This document shows positions 36,617 to 51,574 of a stretch of DNA of 64,000 nucleotides, piece by piece. The notes beneath the pieces are model-generated. The model was not told where the DNA came from, did not search any database, and worked only from the letters and a program-made list of their open reading frames with translations. The stretch lies in NCBI RefSeq assembly GCF_988242995.1, contig NZ_OZ547043.1; one strand, given 5' to 3'. Every line of letters begins with the position of its first letter. The stretch's first letter is position 1. The position numbers and the translations under genes are program-made.

Positions 36617-39523
36617 TTACTGATGCGTTACAACGATCAAACGCAGGGCATCCAGACGCCAGCCTGCCTGATCCAGGCTTTCCATTACCTGCTGACGGTT
36701 GCTCTCAATAGCGGTCAGTTCGTCGTCACGAATGTTCGGGTTCACTGCACGCAGCGCTTCCAGACGAGACAGCTCGGCAGACAGTTTTTCGTCGGCTTCG
36801 TTACGCGCTGCATCAATCAGTGCACGGGCAGATTTCTCGATCTGCGCTTCACCCAACTGAAGGATCGCGTGAACATCCTGCTGCACGGCGTTAACCAGTT
36901 TGCTGCCGGTGTGACGGTTAACCGCGTTAAGCTGACGGTTAAAGGTTTCAAACTCCACCTGCGCCGCCAGGTTGTTGCCGTTTTTATCCAGCAGCATACG
37001 TACCGGTGTCGGCGGCAGGAAGCGGTTGAGCTGCAACTGCTTCGGAGCCTGGGCTTCAACCACGTAAATCAGTTCCACCAACAGCGTACCTACCGGCAAC
37101 GCTTTGTTTTTCAACAGTGAAATCGTGCTGCTACCGGTGTCGCCAGAAAGGATCAGATCCAGACCGTTGCGGATCAGCGGATGCTCCCAGGTAATAAACT
37201 GCGCATCTTCACGCGCCAGCGCCACTTCACGGTCGAAGGTGATGGTGATGCCATCTTCCGACAAGCCAGGGAAGTCCGGCACCAGCATATGATCGGACGG
37301 CGTCAGTACGATCATGTTGTCGCCGCGATCGTCCTGATTGATACCGATAATATCGAACAGGTTCATGGCGAAGGCGATCAGGTTGGTATCGTCATCCTGC
37401 TCTTCAATGCTTTCTGCCAGTGCCTGGGCTTTTTCGCCACCGTTGGAATGGATCTCCAGCAGGCGGTCACGGCCCTGTTCCAATTGTGCTTTCAGGGCTT
37501 CGTGCTGCTCGCGGCAGTTTTTGATCAGATCGTCAAAGCCTTCGGTTTGATCCGGTGAAGCCAGATAGTTAATCAGATCGTTGTATACGCTATCGTAAAT
37601 AGTGCGTCCGGTCGGGCAGGTGTGCTCGAATGCATCCAGACCTTCGTGATACCAGCGCACCAGCACCGACTGAGCAGTTTTTTCCAGATAAGGCACATGG
37701 ATCTGAATATCGTGCGCCTGACCGATACGATCCAGACGCCCAATACGCTGCTCCAGCAGATCCGGGTTGAATGGCAGGTCAAACATTACCATGTGGCTGG
37801 CGAACTGGAAGTTACGTCCTTCAGAACCGATTTCCGAGCACAGCAGTACCTGTGCGCCGGTGTCTTCTTCAGCAAACCAGGCGGCAGCGCGGTCACGCTC
37901 AATAATCGACATGCCTTCGTGGAACACCGCAGCGCGGATACCTTCACGTTCGCGCAGTACTTGCTCCAGTTGCAGCGCAGTGGCAGCTTTAGCGCAGATC
38001 ACCAGCACTTTCTGAGAGCGATGGCTGGTCAGGTAGCCCATCAGCCACTCAACGCGCGGATCGAAGTTCCACCAGGTGGCGTTATCACCTTCAAATTCCT
38101 GATAAATACGCTCCGGGTAGAGCATATCGCGAGCGCGATCTTCCGCACTTTTGCGTGCGCCCATAATGCCGGAGACTTTAATAGCCGTCTGATACTGCGT
38201 CGGCAGCGGCAGCTTAATGGTGTGCAGCTCGCGTTTCGGGAAGCCTTTCACACCGTTACGGGTGTTACGGAACAGCACGCGGCTGGTGCCGTGGCGATCC
38301 ATCAGCATCGAAACCAGCTCCTGACGGGCGCTCTGTGCATCTTCGCTGTCGCTGTTTGCCGCCTGCAGCAACGGCTCAATATCCTGCTCACCGATCATCT
38401 CACCGAGCATGTTCAGTTCGTCATTGCTGAGCTTGTTACCTGCCAGCAGCATGGCAACGGCGTCCGCAACCGGACGATAATTTTTCTGCTCTTCAACGAA
38501 TTGCGCGAAATCGTGGAAACGGTTCGGGTCCAGCAGACGCAGACGGGCGAAGTGGCTTTCCATCCCCAGCTGTTCCGGGGTTGCGGTCAGCAGCAGAACG
38601 CCCGGCACGTGCTCTGCCAGTTGTTCAATGGCCTGATATTCGCGGCTCGGCGCATCTTCGCTCCACACCAGGTGATGGGCTTCATCGACCACCAGCAGAT
38701 CCCATTCGGCTTCACAGAGATGTTCCAGACGCTGTTTGCTACGACGGGCAAAATCCAGCGAGCAAATCACCAGCTGTTCGGTATCGAACGGGTTGTAAGC
38801 ATCGTGCTGAGCTTCGGCATAACGCTCATCATCAAACAGAGCAAAGCGCAGGTTGAAACGGCGCAGCATTTCTACCAGCCACTGATGCTGTAAGGTTTCC
38901 GGGACGATAATCAGCACACGTTCAGCAGCGCCAGAGAGCAGTTGCTGATGCAGGATCATCCCGGCTTCAATGGTTTTCCCTAAACCGACTTCGTCAGCGA
39001 GCAGGACGCGCGGCGCGTGGCGGCGACCAACATCATGAGCGATGTTGAGCTGGTGCGGGATCAGGCTGGTACGCTGACCGCGCAGGCCGCTGTACGGCAT
39101 ACGGAACTGTTCGCTTGAATACTTACGCGCGCGATAACGCAGCGCAAAGCGGTCCATACGGTCAATCTGCCCGGCAAACAGACGGTCCTGCGGTTTGCTG
39201 AACACCAGTTTGCTATCAAGGAAAACTTCACGCAGGGCTACGCCGGACTCTTCAGTATCCAGGCGAGTACCGATATAGGTCAGCAAGCCATTTTCTTCTT
39301 TTACTTCTTCGACTTGCATCTGCCAGCCGTCATGGCTGGTAATGGTATCACCAGGGTTGAACATCACGCGGGTCACGGGGGAATCACTGCGTGCGTACAG
39401 ACGGTTTTCACCAGTAGATGGGAAAAGTAAAGTGACAGTTCGCGCATCCACCGCGACAACGGTTCCAAGTCCCAATTCGCTTTCTGTATCGCTGATCCAG
39501 CGTTGACCAAGTGTAAAAGGCAT
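36617..39523 (-). CDS. rapA: RNA polymerase-associated Swi2/Snf2 ATPase RapA (HepA), 968 aa
   Basis: 968-aa ORF with helicase motifs ([13 protein letters not shown]). Confidence 0.95.
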
Positions 39524-39686
39524 ATGTGTTCGGCTCTATATCTTTAATTGCAGGCAATAACCACCCGCTACCGTGCTTATGAGGTAGTGGTGTTATTCAG
39601 GTCCAGGAATGGAAAGGGCGCTATGGTACTGGATGGCAAAGCATTCGTCACGCATCAAAATGGTATCTGGCGAACTCTTTTTTTGC

Positions 39687-42038
39687 TCAAAATAGCCCAA
39701 GTTGCCCGGTCATAAGTGTAGCAAAATTATCCTCAATAAAAGGGAGTATTCCCTCCGCCACGGGTTGTAGCTGGCGGGTCAGATAGTGTTCGTAATCCAG
39801 TGGTGAACGTTGGTAGTCCAGAGGCTCCGGGCCGTTGGTGGTCCATACGTACTTAATGGTGCCGCGGTTCTGATATTGCAAGGGGCGACCGCGCTTTTGG
39901 TTTTCTTCATCGGCAAGGCGAGCGGCGCGTACATGAGGCGGAACATTACGCTGATATTCGCTCAGCGGACGGCGAAGGCGTTTACGGTAAACCAGCCGCG
40001 CATCCAGTTCACCCGCCATCAGTTTGTCGATGGTTTCGCGGACGTACTCCTGATATGGCTCGTTGCGGAAGATACGCAGGTAAAGCTCCTGCTGAAACTG
40101 CTGGGCCAGCGGCGTCCAGTCGGTGCGTACGGTTTCCAGCCCTTTAAACACCATCCGCTGCTTATCGCCCTCCTGAATCAGCCCGGCATAACGCTTTTTA
40201 CTGCCGGTATCGGCTCCGCGAATGGTTGGCATCAGAAAACGGCAGAAATGGGTTTCATACTCCAATTCTAATGCGCTGGTCAGCCGTTGTTTTTGCAGCG
40301 TTTCCGCCCACCAGGCGTTAACGTGCTGCACCAGTGCACGACCGATTTTCGCCGCTTCTTCTTCCGAATGTGCGCCTTTCAGCCAGACAAACGTTGAGTC
40401 GGTATCGCCGTAGATCACGTCGTAGCCCTGCGCTTCAATCAACGCTTTGGTTTGCCGCATGATCTGATGACCACGCATGGTGATCGACGATGCCAGGCGC
40501 GGATCGAAGAAGCGGCAGGCGGTGGTGCCGAGCACGCCATAAAAGGCATTCATAATGATCTTCAGCGCCTGCGAAAGCGGCTTATTACCCTGACGTTTGG
40601 CTTCATCGCGCCCGTGCCAGATGTTAGTCACAATCTCCGGCAGGCAATGTTTCTCCCGCGAGAACCAGGCATCGAGAAAACCTTCGGTGCTGTGCTCTGG
40701 ATCAGGCTGCGCCATGCCTTCCACCAGCCCGACGGGATCAATCAGAAAGGTGCGGATGATCGACGGGTACAGGCTTTTGTAGTCCAGCACCAGTACCGAA
40801 TCATAAAGCCCTGGCCGCGAATCCATCACATAGCCGCCAGGGCTGGCGTGTGGCGGCACTTCGCCGAGATTAGGCGCGACATAACCAGCGCGATGCATTC
40901 GCGGAAAATAGAGATGACCAAACGCTGCCACTGAACCGCCGTGCCGATCCACCGGCAGGCCGTTCACCGTCGCCCGTTCGAGTAAAAACGGCATGATTTC
41001 AGTTTTGTGGAAGATCTGCGTCACCAGCTCGCAATCTTTCAGGTTATAAGTTGCCAGCGCAGGTTTATCTTCGGCGAAACGGCGGTCAATTTCGTCCATC
41101 CGATCCCACGGGTTATCGATAGATTTTCCTTCGCCTAATAACTCCTGAGCGACGGTTTCCAGCGAGAATGAAGAGAAATTCCAGAACGCGGATTTCAGCG
41201 CCTCGATACCGTCGATAATTAGCCGCCCTTTGGCCTGGGCAAAAAAGACGCCGTTTTTAAAGCCGTGCTCGCGCCACTCCAGCTCGCTGTTATCGCGCCC
41301 CAGCCGCAGCGGAATACGATAACGCTCGGCATGTTTTTGCAGCATTCGTAGATCGAATTGCACCACGTTCCAGCCGATGATCACATCAGGATCGTAGTTG
41401 GCAAACCAGGCGTTGAGTTTTTCCAGTAGCTGCGGGCGGCTGGCGACGTACTCCAGTTCGAAATCGAGCGCGGAGGCGTCGCCATTCTCTGGCCCCAGCA
41501 TATAAACGATGCGCTGCCCGCAACCTTCCAGGCCGATGCAGTACAGCTCACCGTGGCGGGTGGTTTCAATATCAATAGAAACCCACTTGAGCGGCGGACG
41601 GTAGTCGGGATGCGGTTTCAGACGGGCATTAACGATAGCGCCATTGCGTATATCACCCTCGACCCACACCGGTGAGGTGATAAACCGCTCCATCAGATAG
41701 CGTTCTGGCGGGCGCACATCGGCCTCGTAGATGATAACGCCACCTTCACGCAGGCGCTTTTCGTAATTCATCAACTGGCGATGGGCGCGACAGTAAAGGC
41801 CATACACCGGTTGGCGGTGAAAATCTTTTAACGCCAGCGGCGTCAAGCGAAAGCCTTGTTCACCCTGCAAAATATGCTGAGCGCGGGGAACCTGATCGGC
41901 GGGAATAAAGGCCACGGACTCTTGCGGCGCAAGCGTAACCTGCAACGGCCCGTTGTCCGTCGCCAGCCAGAAGGAGACTTCTGTCCCTTGCGGGGTGTCC
42001 CGCCAGTGTCGGGTTAAGATAAAACCTGCCTGCGCCAC
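39687..42038 (-). CDS. polB: DNA polymerase II (B-family), 783 aa
   Basis: 783-aa ORF with exonuclease and B-family polymerase motifs (YGDTDS). Confidence 0.95.
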   Translation of the reverse strand: MAQAGFILTRHWRDTPQGTEVSFWLATDNGPLQVTLAPQESVAFIPADQVPRAQHILQGEQGFRLTPLALKDFHRQPVYGLYCRAHRQLMNYEKRLREGGVIIYEADVRPPERYLMERFITSPVWVEGDIRNGAIVNARLKPHPDYRPPLKWVSIDIETTRHGELYCIGLEGCGQRIVYMLGPENGDASALDFELEYVASRPQLLEKLNAWFANYDPDVIIGWNVVQFDLRMLQKHAERYRIPLRLGRDNSELEWREHGFKNGVFFAQAKGRLIIDGIEALKSAFWNFSSFSLETVAQELLGEGKSIDNPWDRMDEIDRRFAEDKPALATYNLKDCELVTQIFHKTEIMPFLLERATVNGLPVDRHGGSVAAFGHLYFPRMHRAGYVAPNLGEVPPHASPGGYVMDSRPGLYDSVLVLDYKSLYPSIIRTFLIDPVGLVEGMAQPDPEHSTEGFLDAWFSREKHCLPEIVTNIWHGRDEAKRQGNKPLSQALKIIMNAFYGVLGTTACRFFDPRLASSITMRGHQIMRQTKALIEAQGYDVIYGDTDSTFVWLKGAHSEEEAAKIGRALVQHVNAWWAETLQKQRLTSALELEYETHFCRFLMPTIRGADTGSKKRYAGLIQEGDKQRMVFKGLETVRTDWTPLAQQFQQELYLRIFRNEPYQEYVRETIDKLMAGELDARLVYRKRLRRPLSEYQRNVPPHVRAARLADEENQKRGRPLQYQNRGTIKYVWTTNGPEPLDYQRSPLDYEHYLTRQLQPVAEGILPFIEDNFATLMTGQLGLF

Positions 42039-42050
42039 GTTGAAAATCCA

Positions 42051-42081
42051 ATAAAAAACCAGGCTTGATTATAGCCTGGTT
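42051..42081 (-). terminator. Rho-independent terminator downstream of araD (minus-strand sense)
   Basis: Minus-strand RNA aaccaggcu-auaauca-agccugguu followed by UUUUU. Confidence 0.65.
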
Positions 42082-42093
42082 TCGTTTGATTGG

Positions 42094-42109
42094 CTGTGGT
42101 TTTATACAG
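42094..42109. promoter_or_regulatory. LexA (SOS) box upstream of polB
   Basis: Minus-strand CTGTATAAAACCACAG fits CTGT-N8-ACAG and matches the polB/dinA SOS box as I remember it. Confidence 0.75.
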
Positions 42110-42112
42110 TCA

Positions 42113-42808
42113 TTACTGCCCGTAATATGCCTTCGCGCCATGCTTACGCAGATAGTGTTTATTCAGCAGCGTTTGCTGCATATCCGGTAACTGCGGCGCT
42201 AACTGACGGCAGAATATCCCCATATAAGCGACCTCTTCCAGCACGATGGCGTTATGCACCGCATCTTCGGCATTTTTGCCCCATGCAAATGGGCCGTGAG
42301 AATGGACCAGGACGCCGGGCATTTGCGCCGCATCGATACCCTGTTTTTCGAAGGTTTCTACGATGACGTTACCGGTTTCCCACTCATATTCACCGTTGAT
42401 TTCTGCGTCGGTCATTTTGCGGGTGCAGGGAATGGTGCCGTAGAAATAGTCGGCGTGGGTGGTACCGGTTGCTGGAATCGACTGACCCGCCTGCGCCCAG
42501 ATGGTGGCGTGGCGCGAGTGTGTGTGCACAATGCCGCCAATGGACGGGAATGCCTGATAGAGCAGCCGGTGAGTTGGCGTGTCGGAGGAGGGCTTTTTCG
42601 TACCTTCAACCACTTCACCGGTTTCAATGCTGACCACGACCATATCGTCAGCAGTCATGATGCTGTAATCGACGCCGGAAGGTTTGATCACCAAGACGCC
42701 GCGCTCGCGATCAACGGCGCTGACATTGCCCCATGTGAGCGTGACCAGGTTGTGTTTTGGCAGCGCCAGGTTGGCTTCTAATACCTGGCGTTTTAGATCT
42801 TCTAACAT
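42113..42808 (-). CDS. araD: L-ribulose-5-phosphate 4-epimerase, 231 aa
   Basis: 231-aa ORF matching AraD. Confidence 0.96.
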   Translation of the reverse strand: MLEDLKRQVLEANLALPKHNLVTLTWGNVSAVDRERGVLVIKPSGVDYSIMTADDMVVVSIETGEVVEGTKKPSSDTPTHRLLYQAFPSIGGIVHTHSRHATIWAQAGQSIPATGTTHADYFYGTIPCTRKMTDAEINGEYEWETGNVIVETFEKQGIDAAQMPGVLVHSHGPFAWGKNAEDAVHNAIVLEEVAYMGIFCRQLAPQLPDMQQTLLNKHYLRKHGAKAYYGQ

Positions 42809-42817
42809 GTTGACTCC

Positions 42818-42912
42818 TTCGTGCCGGATGCGCTTTGCTTACCCGGCCTACAAAATCACAGCGTGTAGGCCTGATAAGACGCGCCAGCGTCGCATCAGGC
42901 GTTACACACCTG
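42818..42912. repeat. REP/BIME cluster between araD and araA
   Basis: gccggatgcgctttgcttacccggcctac and gtaggcctgataagacgcgccagcgtcgcatcaggc. Confidence 0.75.
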
Positions 42913-42922
42913 ATGCAGCTAC

Positions 42923-44425
42923 TTAGCGACGAAATCCGTAATACACTTCGTTCCAGCGCAGCGCGTCTTTAAACGCTGGCAGGCGGGTGTCGTTATCAAT
43001 CACCGTGATTTCAATGTCGTGCATCTCGGCGAACTGGCGCATATCGTTGAGGTTTAGCGCATGGCTGAAGACGGTGTGGTGCGCGCCACCAGCAAGGATC
43101 CACGCTTCGGAAGCGGTTGGTAGATCCGGCTGCGCTTTCCACAGCGCATTCGCCACCGGCAGTTTCGGCAGGGTGTGCGGCGTTTTCACCGTGTCGATGC
43201 AGTTAACCAACAGACGGTAACGATCGCCGAGATCAATCAAGCTGGCGACAATCGCCGGACCAGTTTGGGTATTGAAGATCAGGCGGGCAGGATCGTCTTT
43301 ACCGCCAATACCGAGGTGCTGAACGTCGAGGATCGGTTTCTCTTCCACAGCGATCGACGGACAGACTTCCAGCATATGGGAGCCGAGCACCAGATCATTA
43401 CCTTTCTCGAAGTGATAGGTGTAGTCCTCCATAAAGGAGGTGCCGCCCTGCAGACCGGTTGACATCACCTTCATGATGCGAAGCAGGGCGGCAGTTTTCC
43501 AGTCGCCTTCGCCCGCAAAGCCGTAACCCTGCTGCATCAGACGCTGTACGGCCAGACCAGGAAGCTGTTTCAGACCGTGCAAATCTTCAAAGGTGGTGGT
43601 GAACGCGTGGAAGCCACCTTGTTCCAGGAAACGCTTCATCCCCAGCTCAATACGCGCCGCTTCCAGCACGTTCTGTCGTTTTTCGCCGTGGATTTGTGTC
43701 GCAGGCGTCATGGTGTAGCAGCTTTCGTACTCATCGACCAGCGCGTTAACATCGCCATCGCTGATGGAGTTCACTACCTGCACCAGATCGCCAACCGCCC
43801 AGGTATTGACGGAGAAACCGAACTTGATCTGTGCGGCAACTTTATCACCATCGGTGACCGCCACTTCACGCATGTTATCGCCAAAACGGCAGACTTTCAG
43901 ATGACGGGTATCCTGTTTAGATACCGCCTGACGCATCCAGGAGCCGATACGCTCATGTGCTTGTTTATCCTGCCAGTGACCGGTAACGACGGCATGTTGC
44001 TGACGCATACGCGCGCCAATGAAGCCGAACTCGCGACCGCCATGTGCAGTCTGGTTCAGGTTCATAAAGTCCATATCGATGCTATCCCACGGCAGCGCCG
44101 CGTTAAACTGGGTGTGGAATTGCAGCAACGGTTTGTTGAGCATGGTCAGGCCGTTGATCCACATTTTTGCCGGGGAGAAGGTGTGCAGCCATACCACCAG
44201 ACCCGCGCAACGATCGTCGTAATTGGCATCGCGGCAAATTGCGGTGATTTCGTCCGGCGTGGTACCCAGCGGTTTCAGCACCAGTTTGCAGGGCAGTTTC
44301 GCTTCCGTATTCAGCGCATTAACGACGTGCTCGGCATGTTGGGTGACCTGACGCAGGGTTTCCGGGCCATACAGATGCTGGCTGCCAATTACAAACCACA
44401 CTTCATAATTATCAAAAATCGTCAT
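42923..44425 (-). CDS. araA: L-arabinose isomerase, 500 aa
   Basis: 500-aa ORF matching AraA. Confidence 0.96.
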   Translation of the reverse strand: MTIFDNYEVWFVIGSQHLYGPETLRQVTQHAEHVVNALNTEAKLPCKLVLKPLGTTPDEITAICRDANYDDRCAGLVVWLHTFSPAKMWINGLTMLNKPLLQFHTQFNAALPWDSIDMDFMNLNQTAHGGREFGFIGARMRQQHAVVTGHWQDKQAHERIGSWMRQAVSKQDTRHLKVCRFGDNMREVAVTDGDKVAAQIKFGFSVNTWAVGDLVQVVNSISDGDVNALVDEYESCYTMTPATQIHGEKRQNVLEAARIELGMKRFLEQGGFHAFTTTFEDLHGLKQLPGLAVQRLMQQGYGFAGEGDWKTAALLRIMKVMSTGLQGGTSFMEDYTYHFEKGNDLVLGSHMLEVCPSIAVEEKPILDVQHLGIGGKDDPARLIFNTQTGPAIVASLIDLGDRYRLLVNCIDTVKTPHTLPKLPVANALWKAQPDLPTASEAWILAGGAHHTVFSHALNLNDMRQFAEMHDIEITVIDNDTRLPAFKDALRWNEVYYGFRR

Positions 44426-44435
44426 TGTCGTGTCC

Positions 44436-46474
<2,039 letters not shown>

Positions 46475-47353
46475 ATGGCTGAAGCGCAAAATGATCCCCT
46501 GCTGCCGGGATACTCGTTTAACGCCCATCTGGTGGCGGGTTTAACGCCGATTGAGGCCAACGGTTATCTCGATTTTTTTATCGACCGACCACTGGGAATG
46601 AAGGGTTATATTCTCAATCTCACCATACGCGGCCAGGGGGTGGTGAAAAATCAGGGACGAGAATTTGTCTGCCGACCGGGTGATATTTTGCTGTTCCCGC
46701 CAGGAGAGATTCATCACTACGGTCGCCATCCGGAGGCTCGCGAATGGTATCACCAGTGGGTTTACTTTCGTCCGCGCGCCTACTGGCATGAATGGCTTAA
46801 CTGGCCGTCAATATTTGCCAATACGGGTTTCTTTCGCCCGGATGAAGCGCACCAGCCGCATTTCAGCGACCTGTTTGGGCAAATCATTAACGCCGGGCAA
46901 GGGGAAGGGCGCTATTCGGAGCTGCTGGCGATAAATCTGCTTGAGCAATTGTTACTGCGGCGCATGGAAGCAATTAACGAGTCGCTCCATCCACCGATGG
47001 ATAATCGGGTACGCGAGGCTTGTCAGTACATCAGCGATCACCTGGCAGACAGCAATTTTGATATCGCCAGCGTCGCACAGCATGTTTGCCTGTCGCCGTC
47101 GCGTCTGTCGCATCTGTTCCGCCAGCAGTTAGGGATTAGCGTCTTAAGCTGGCGCGAGGACCAACGCATTAGTCAGGCGAAGCTGCTTTTGAGCACCACC
47201 CGGATGCCTATCGCTACCGTCGGTCGCAATGTTGGTTTTGACGATCAACTCTATTTCTCGCGAGTATTTAAAAAATGCACCGGGGCCAGTCCGAGCGAGT
47301 TCCGTGCCGGTTGTGAAGAAAAAGTGAATGATGTAGCCGTCAAGTTGTCATAA
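46475..47353 (+). CDS. araC: Arabinose operon regulator AraC, 292 aa
   Basis: ORF track starts at 46424; the AraC N-terminus [22 protein letters not shown] starts at ATG 46475. Confidence 0.96.
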
Positions 47354-47438
47354 TTGGTAACGAATCAGACAATTGACGGCTTGACGGAGTAGCATAGGGT
47401 TTGCAGAATCCCTGCTTCGTCCATTTGACAGGCATATT

Positions 47439-48203
47439 ATGCAAGCATTGCTGGAACACTTTATTACCCAATCCACCGTGTATTCATTGATGGCGGTGGT
47501 GTTGGTGGCCTTTCTGGAGTCGCTGGCGCTGGTAGGTTTGATTTTACCCGGTACGGTGCTAATGGCGGGACTGGGGGCGCTGATTGGCAGTGGCGAGTTA
47601 AGTTTCTGGCACGCCTGGCTGGCAGGGATCGTCGGTTGCCTGCTGGGCGACTGGATCTCCTTCTGGCTGGGCTGGCGTTTTAAAAAGCCATTGCATCGCT
47701 GGTCATTTCTGAAGAAAAACAAAGCATTACTCGATAAAACTGAACATGCGTTGCATCAACACAGCATGTTCACCATTCTGGTCGGTCGTTTTGTCGGCCC
47801 GACGCGTCCGCTGGTGCCAATGGTGGCGGGAATGCTGGATCTCCCGGTGGCAAAATTTATTACGCCGAATATTATCGGCTGCCTGCTGTGGCCACCGTTT
47901 TACTTCCTGCCGGGGATTCTGGCGGGTGCGGCGATCGATATTCCTGCCGGGATGCAAAGTGGTGAGTTTAAATGGTTGCTGCTGGCGACGGCGGTATTTT
48001 TGTGGGTTGGTGGCTGGCTGTGTTGGCGGTTATGGCGCAGCGGTAAAGCAACCGATCGTTTAAGTCATTATTTGTCGCGCGGTCGTTTGTTGTGGCTGGC
48101 ACCGTTAATTTCTGCCGTCGGTGTAGTGGCGCTGGTGGTGTTAATTCGCCACCCGTTGATGCCGGTATATATCGATATTTTGCGGAAAGTGGTTGGGGTT
48201 TAG
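47439..48203 (+). CDS. yabI: DedA-family inner membrane protein YabI, 254 aa
   Basis: 254-aa membrane ORF matching YabI. Confidence 0.9.
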   Translation: MQALLEHFITQSTVYSLMAVVLVAFLESLALVGLILPGTVLMAGLGALIGSGELSFWHAWLAGIVGCLLGDWISFWLGWRFKKPLHRWSFLKKNKALLDKTEHALHQHSMFTILVGRFVGPTRPLVPMVAGMLDLPVAKFITPNIIGCLLWPPFYFLPGILAGAAIDIPAGMQSGEFKWLLLATAVFLWVGGWLCWRLWRSGKATDRLSHYLSRGRLLWLAPLISAVGVVALVVLIRHPLMPVYIDILRKVVGV

Positions 48204-48232
48204 GAGGTAGTTTGCATCGGCGCTGGTTTGTT

Positions 48233-48271
48233 CCCCTCACCCTAACCCTCTCCCCAGAGGGGCGAGGGGAC
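48233..48271. repeat. G/C-rich imperfect palindrome between convergent yabI and thiQ (likely bidirectional terminator or intergenic repeat)
   Basis: cccctcaccc-taaccctctccccagag-gggcgagggg inverted arms. Confidence 0.5.
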
Positions 48272-48284
48272 TGTCCGTGCGCTT

Positions 48285-48983
48285 TTAACCTTTAATCCCC
48301 AATAGTGCCGAAGCACTCGCCTTACCGCTCAACAACTCATCGGTCATACCCTGCCAGGCGATGCGCCCGTCGGCGACCACCACCGAGCGTGTGGCGATCC
48401 GCGCCGCATCTTCCACACTGTGCGACACCATCAATAGCGTCATTTTTTGCTGCTGGCAGCTCGTGCTCACCAGCGTCAACATCTCCTGACGTAACGCCGG
48501 ATCGAGCGCAGAGAACGGTTCATCAAGCAATAAAATCGGCTGTTCGCGCACCAGACAACGCGCTAACGCCACGCGCTGTCGTTGACCGCCAGAAAGCTCG
48601 CCCGGTAATCGCGCCATTAAATTATCAATCCCCATCTGGCTGGCGATAGCGTGCATTTTCTCCTGTTGTGCCGCGTTCAGCTTCAATCCTGGATTAAGCC
48701 CCAGCCCGATGTTCTGCGCGACCGTCAGGTGACTGAACAGGTTGTTCTCCTGAAACAGCATCGACACCGGACGGCGTGACGGCGGCGTAGAGGTGTGATC
48801 AACGCCGTCGATAGTCAGCGAACCGCTGGCTGGCGTCAGAAAACCGGCGATCAAATTCAGCAGGGTACTTTTACCCGCGCCGCTTGGCCCGAGGATCGCC
48901 ACCTGCTCGCCCCGTTCCACCGTTAAGCTAAAACGCATCGGCAAATGGTGGTAAAGCCAGGTGATATCAGTCAGTTTTAACAT
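48285..48983 (-). CDS. thiQ: Thiamine ABC transporter ATP-binding protein ThiQ, 232 aa
   Basis: ABC ATPase ORF (Walker [10 protein letters not shown]); start placed at [11 protein letters not shown]. Confidence 0.92.
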   Translation of the reverse strand: MLKLTDITWLYHHLPMRFSLTVERGEQVAILGPSGAGKSTLLNLIAGFLTPASGSLTIDGVDHTSTPPSRRPVSMLFQENNLFSHLTVAQNIGLGLNPGLKLNAAQQEKMHAIASQMGIDNLMARLPGELSGGQRQRVALARCLVREQPILLLDEPFSALDPALRQEMLTLVSTSCQQQKMTLLMVSHSVEDAARIATRSVVVADGRIAWQGMTDELLSGKASASALLGIKG

Positions 48984-50577
48984 TTCGCCCCGGTAGTTTT
49001 TCAATCACGGTAAACAGCAGAAAACAGAGTAGCAGCAGAATTAACGCGGTGACCGCGCCGTCCTGGCTGCGATAGGAGCCAATTTGCTGGTAGAGATAAA
49101 ACGGCAGGGTGCGGAAATCATCGTTACCGAACAACGCCACCACGCCAAAATCACCAATCGATAGCACACAAGCAAAGGCCAGTGCCTGCGCAAGTGGGCG
49201 TTTCAGGGCGCGCAGCTCCACCACTTTTAAGCGTGACCAGCCTTCAATGCCCAGCGACTGACACAACATACTGTAACGCGCGGTGATATCGCGCATCGGG
49301 TTTTCCAGCACCTTCAGCGCATAAGGGATCGCCATTAACGCATTGGTGAAAATCACAATGCCGTCAGCAGATTGCGGCAGGCCGATAGTGTTGTTGAGCA
49401 GTAAAAAGAAGCCCGTAGCCAGCACAATCCCCGGCATGGCGAGGATCAACATGCCGCTCATCTCCAGCGCCTGACCCGCCAGCATTTTTTGCCGCACCCG
49501 CAGTTCGCGACTGCTCCATAGCAGCATCATGGTCAGCACTACGCATAATACGCCTGCCGCCAGCGCAATACGCAACGAGGTCCACAGCGCCTGCCACAGC
49601 ACCGGTTGTGCCAGCACTTCCGGCAACTGGCGATTTACCCCATCGACGAGCACCGCCAGTAACGGTGGCAGCAACAGCAACAGCGCCAGCACAATTAACA
49701 CCGTGTCGCAAATGCGGCTATGCAGACGATCGTCCGGGTCGCGCCAGCCTTGCAGCAGCGTAGTGCCGGGCGCAATGGCCTTACTCAATCGCTGACTCAA
49801 CAGCACTAGCCCGAGGCAACACACCATCTGGATCAACGCCAGCATCGCCGCGCGGGCAGGATCGTAGTCGTAACTCAGCGCCTGATAAATAGCCAGCTCG
49901 ATAGTGGTCGCCTGCGGACCGCCGCCCAGCGACAGCACGGTGGCGAAGCTGGCGAAACAGAGCATAAAGATAAGCGCAGCAACTGGCGGGATTTGTCGCC
50001 GTAACCACGGCCATTCGACGAAGCGGAAAAAATGCCAGCCACGCATCCCAAGCTGGGCGGCAAGTTGACGTTGTTCGCCGGGAATGTTTTCCAGTGCCTG
50101 AAGTAATAAACGGCTCGCCATCGGCAGATTAAAAAACACATGGGCCAGCAAAATGCCTTGCAGGCCGTAGGGCGAAAAGGTCCACTCCAGACCGAGCGAT
50201 TGGCAGAGCGATGCCAGCCAGCCCTGGCGACCATAGACGCTAAGAATGCCGAAAACAGCAACCAGCACCGGGAGGATCAAGGTCATTGCGCACAGACGCA
50301 ACAGCGCCAGCCGACCCGGAAAGCGCCTGCGATAGAGCGCGCGGGCGAGGAATATCGCGGGTACGACAGAGAGTAGCGCCGAGAGAAACGCCTGCCAGAA
50401 GGAGAAGCGCACCACATGCCACAGGTAGCTGTCCTGCCAGACTGCCGACCAGTCACCCTGCGGCGCGTTCCACCACAGGGCGAGAAACGCCGCCAGCGCA
50501 ACCGCCACCACAAGCGTAGCGGCGCTTACACCTGGAATTAACCAGCCGGGAATTAACGGCTGACGGCGCGTTGCCAT
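48967..50577 (-). CDS. thiP: Thiamine ABC transporter permease ThiP, 536 aa
   Basis: 536-aa polytopic ORF overlapping the thiQ start and thiB stop. Confidence 0.93.
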   Translation of the reverse strand: MATRRQPLIPGWLIPGVSAATLVVAVALAAFLALWWNAPQGDWSAVWQDSYLWHVVRFSFWQAFLSALLSVVPAIFLARALYRRRFPGRLALLRLCAMTLILPVLVAVFGILSVYGRQGWLASLCQSLGLEWTFSPYGLQGILLAHVFFNLPMASRLLLQALENIPGEQRQLAAQLGMRGWHFFRFVEWPWLRRQIPPVAALIFMLCFASFATVLSLGGGPQATTIELAIYQALSYDYDPARAAMLALIQMVCCLGLVLLSQRLSKAIAPGTTLLQGWRDPDDRLHSRICDTVLIVLALLLLLPPLLAVLVDGVNRQLPEVLAQPVLWQALWTSLRIALAAGVLCVVLTMMLLWSSRELRVRQKMLAGQALEMSGMLILAMPGIVLATGFFLLLNNTIGLPQSADGIVIFTNALMAIPYALKVLENPMRDITARYSMLCQSLGIEGWSRLKVVELRALKRPLAQALAFACVLSIGDFGVVALFGNDDFRTLPFYLYQQIGSYRSQDGAVTALILLLLCFLLFTVIEKLPGRNVKTD

Positions 50578-51536
50578 TCGCTAATCCATGCCTGACGTTG
50601 TGCCGCCACTTCGGCTGGCGTGAACTCCAGCGTGGTTGCCGGTTTGGTCAATTGTTCAAAACCGGCAGGCAGCGTGACGTTTGCCACCGGATACATCCAG
50701 TTGCCGGTTGGGATCGCATTCTGAAAAGCCGGAGAAACCATAAACTGGAGGAATTTTTGCGCCAGCTCTGGCTGCTTGCTGGCAGCGGTGCGGGCGGCGA
50801 CTTCCACTTGCAAATAGTGACCTTCGCTGAAGTTCGCGGCGGCGTAGTTATCTTTCTTCTCTTCGAGAATGTGATAAGCCGGAGAGGTGGTGTAACTCAG
50901 TACCAGATCGCTTTCACCTTTTAAAAACAGGCCGTAGGCTTCGCTCCAGCCTTTGGTGACCGTGACCGTTTTCTTCGCCAGTTTCTGCCAGGCTTGTGGG
51001 GCGTCATCGCCATAGACTTTTTGCATCCACAACAGCAGACCCAGTCCCGGCGTGCTGGTGCGCGGATCCTGATAAATCACCCGCCAGTTTTGATCGCTTT
51101 CAACCAGCTCTTTCAGGCTTTGCGGCGGATTTTTCAGTTTGTTCTTGTCATAGACGAAGGCGAAATAGCCGTAATCAAACGGGACGAAAGTGTCATTATT
51201 CCAGCCGCCGGAAACGTTAACGGCATCCGCTGCCACACCGCTTTTGGCAAATAGTCCGGTTTTACTGGCGGCATCTAACAGGTTGTTATCCAGCCCCAGC
51301 ACCACATCGGCTTTACTGTTTTTGCCTTCCATCCGCAGACGGTTGAGCAGCGAAACGCCATCTTCCAGCGCCACCAGTTTCAGTTCGCAGTTACAGTCGG
51401 CTTCAAAAGCTTTTTTGATCTTTGGACCAGGCCCCCAGTCGGCGGCGAAGGAATCGTAGGTATAAACAGTCAGAACGGGTTTAGCGAAAACGGGCGCTGT
51501 GCACAGCAACAGCAGGGGAAGACATTTTTTTAACAC
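50553..51536 (-). CDS. thiB: Thiamine-binding periplasmic protein ThiB (TbpA), about 327 aa
   Basis: Periplasmic binding-protein ORF with signal peptide; probable GTG start giving (M)LKKCLPLLLLCTAPVFA, preceded by SD gaggtg. Confidence 0.92.
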   Translation of the reverse strand: MLKKCLPLLLLCTAPVFAKPVLTVYTYDSFAADWGPGPKIKKAFEADCNCELKLVALEDGVSLLNRLRMEGKNSKADVVLGLDNNLLDAASKTGLFAKSGVAADAVNVSGGWNNDTFVPFDYGYFAFVYDKNKLKNPPQSLKELVESDQNWRVIYQDPRTSTPGLGLLLWMQKVYGDDAPQAWQKLAKKTVTVTKGWSEAYGLFLKGESDLVLSYTTSPAYHILEEKKDNYAAANFSEGHYLQVEVAARTAASKQPELAQKFLQFMVSPAFQNAIPTGNWMYPVANVTLPAGFEQLTKPATTLEFTPAEVAAQRQAWISEWQRAVSR

Positions 51537-51574
51537 TTTGCACCTCAAAAAAGAGTGGCAAAGGACTTGAGAAG

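Noticed and set aside
37622-38893. 423-aa ORF on the plus strand
   Set aside because: Antisense to rapA; no recognisable domain; rapA on the opposite strand is full length and conserved.
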